Of a stretch of 64,000 bases of DNA, positions 63,265 through 64,000 are shown one piece after another. The stretch covers positions 83,638,001 through 83,702,000 of the forward strand of contig CM060731.1 in assembly GCA_030704615.1 (NCBI GenBank), in the 5' to 3' direction. The notes beneath the pieces were generated by a model. It made no database searches. It was not told the DNA's origin and saw only the letters and a list, made by a program, of their open reading frames with translations. The position numbers and the translations under genes are program-made. Numbering within the stretch: the stretch's first letter is position 1; every line of letters begins with the position of its first letter. The stretch comes from Takakia lepidozioides (taxonomy: Eukaryota > Plantae > Bryophyta).

Positions 63265-64000
63265 TGTTAGAGGGTTGTCTGAGACTTAGACAGTTTTACG
63301 GGTTCTGTGGGGTACCCTTAATTTTTGCATAGACTTAGACCAACACAGGCTTTAGGGGTGGTACACATGCTTACACAGTTTGACATAGCCTATCACAGTC
63401 TATCAGAGCCTGACACAGTCTATCACAGCCCGACACTGCCAGTCACAGCCCGACACAGCTCGACACAGTCCAACACAACCAGTCACAGCCTGACACAGCT
63501 CAACACAGCCAGTCACAACCTGGCACAGTCCGACACAGCCGACACAGCATTCGCAGGGAACGGTTACCATGGCAGGGAACGACATCGGCAGAGGGAATGT
63601 GTATTCTGTCTGGATGACAGTTAGTTAGTTAGGTAGTTAGAATAGCTTGCAGGTAGAAAAGGCAAAATAGCAACGGGGAGAGGACACTTCGAGGATCACG
63701 ACCTGTACATCACGGAAGGAGGTCAAGCGGAGAGACCAATCTTGGAGCACAGGGGATGGAGATTACACATACGAGGAGATGATGCTTGATTCATGCAAGC
63801 TGTAGAGTTGTACTGAAGAGCAGACTAGAGACACCATGGCTTCAGCCTGATACTTGATAGATCTTAATCTAATACATATTCCATATTCACACTGTGTAGA
63901 GAGACCTGAGTGAAGCTGTGGAATGAATGGATGAGTGATTGGAACCTAGTAGATTGCTGAAGCAATCTGATACTTAAATATAAACAGTAAGGTAACTTGC
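63265..64000 (+). repeat. LTR of the same Athila-like family (plus strand, runs off the window)
   Basis: Starts TGTTAGAGG..GGTACCCTTAATTTTTGCA, contains the CACAG minisatellite, and is homologous to the reverse complement of 43132-44164. Confidence 0.9.

Overview
Repeat-rich nuclear DNA of a land plant, most likely a bryophyte (moss-like; inferred from element types). It holds one intact host gene, a 10-exon GAUT1-like galacturonosyltransferase on the minus strand (5640-11406). Almost everything else is nested mobile DNA: an L1-type LINE remnant, an internally deleted pogo element, a tRNA-derived SINE, a PIF/Harbinger-like Pack element carrying a PPR-DYW pseudogene, a chromovirus split at its DALS|RK motif by a 24.3 kb insert, several copies of an Athila-like Ty3/gypsy family with extra 5' and 3' ORFs, and a Dualen/RandI-like LINE end. 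The main candidate for an undescribed system is a Mutator-like (MULE+SWIM) DNA transposon family that appears to carry an intron-containing, bacterial-type N4/N6 (beta-class) DNA methyltransferase gene. There are two divergent methyltransferase copies (about 23.7-24.7 kb and 63 kb) and an intron-containing ParB-like (DGNHR) gene fragment at 51.1-52.8 kb. TGAGC terminal repeats and 26-bp palindromes link the transposase and methyltransferase parts; the ParB link is inferred. All family assignments come from motifs read by eye, not from database searches. All copies of the candidate system here are damaged.
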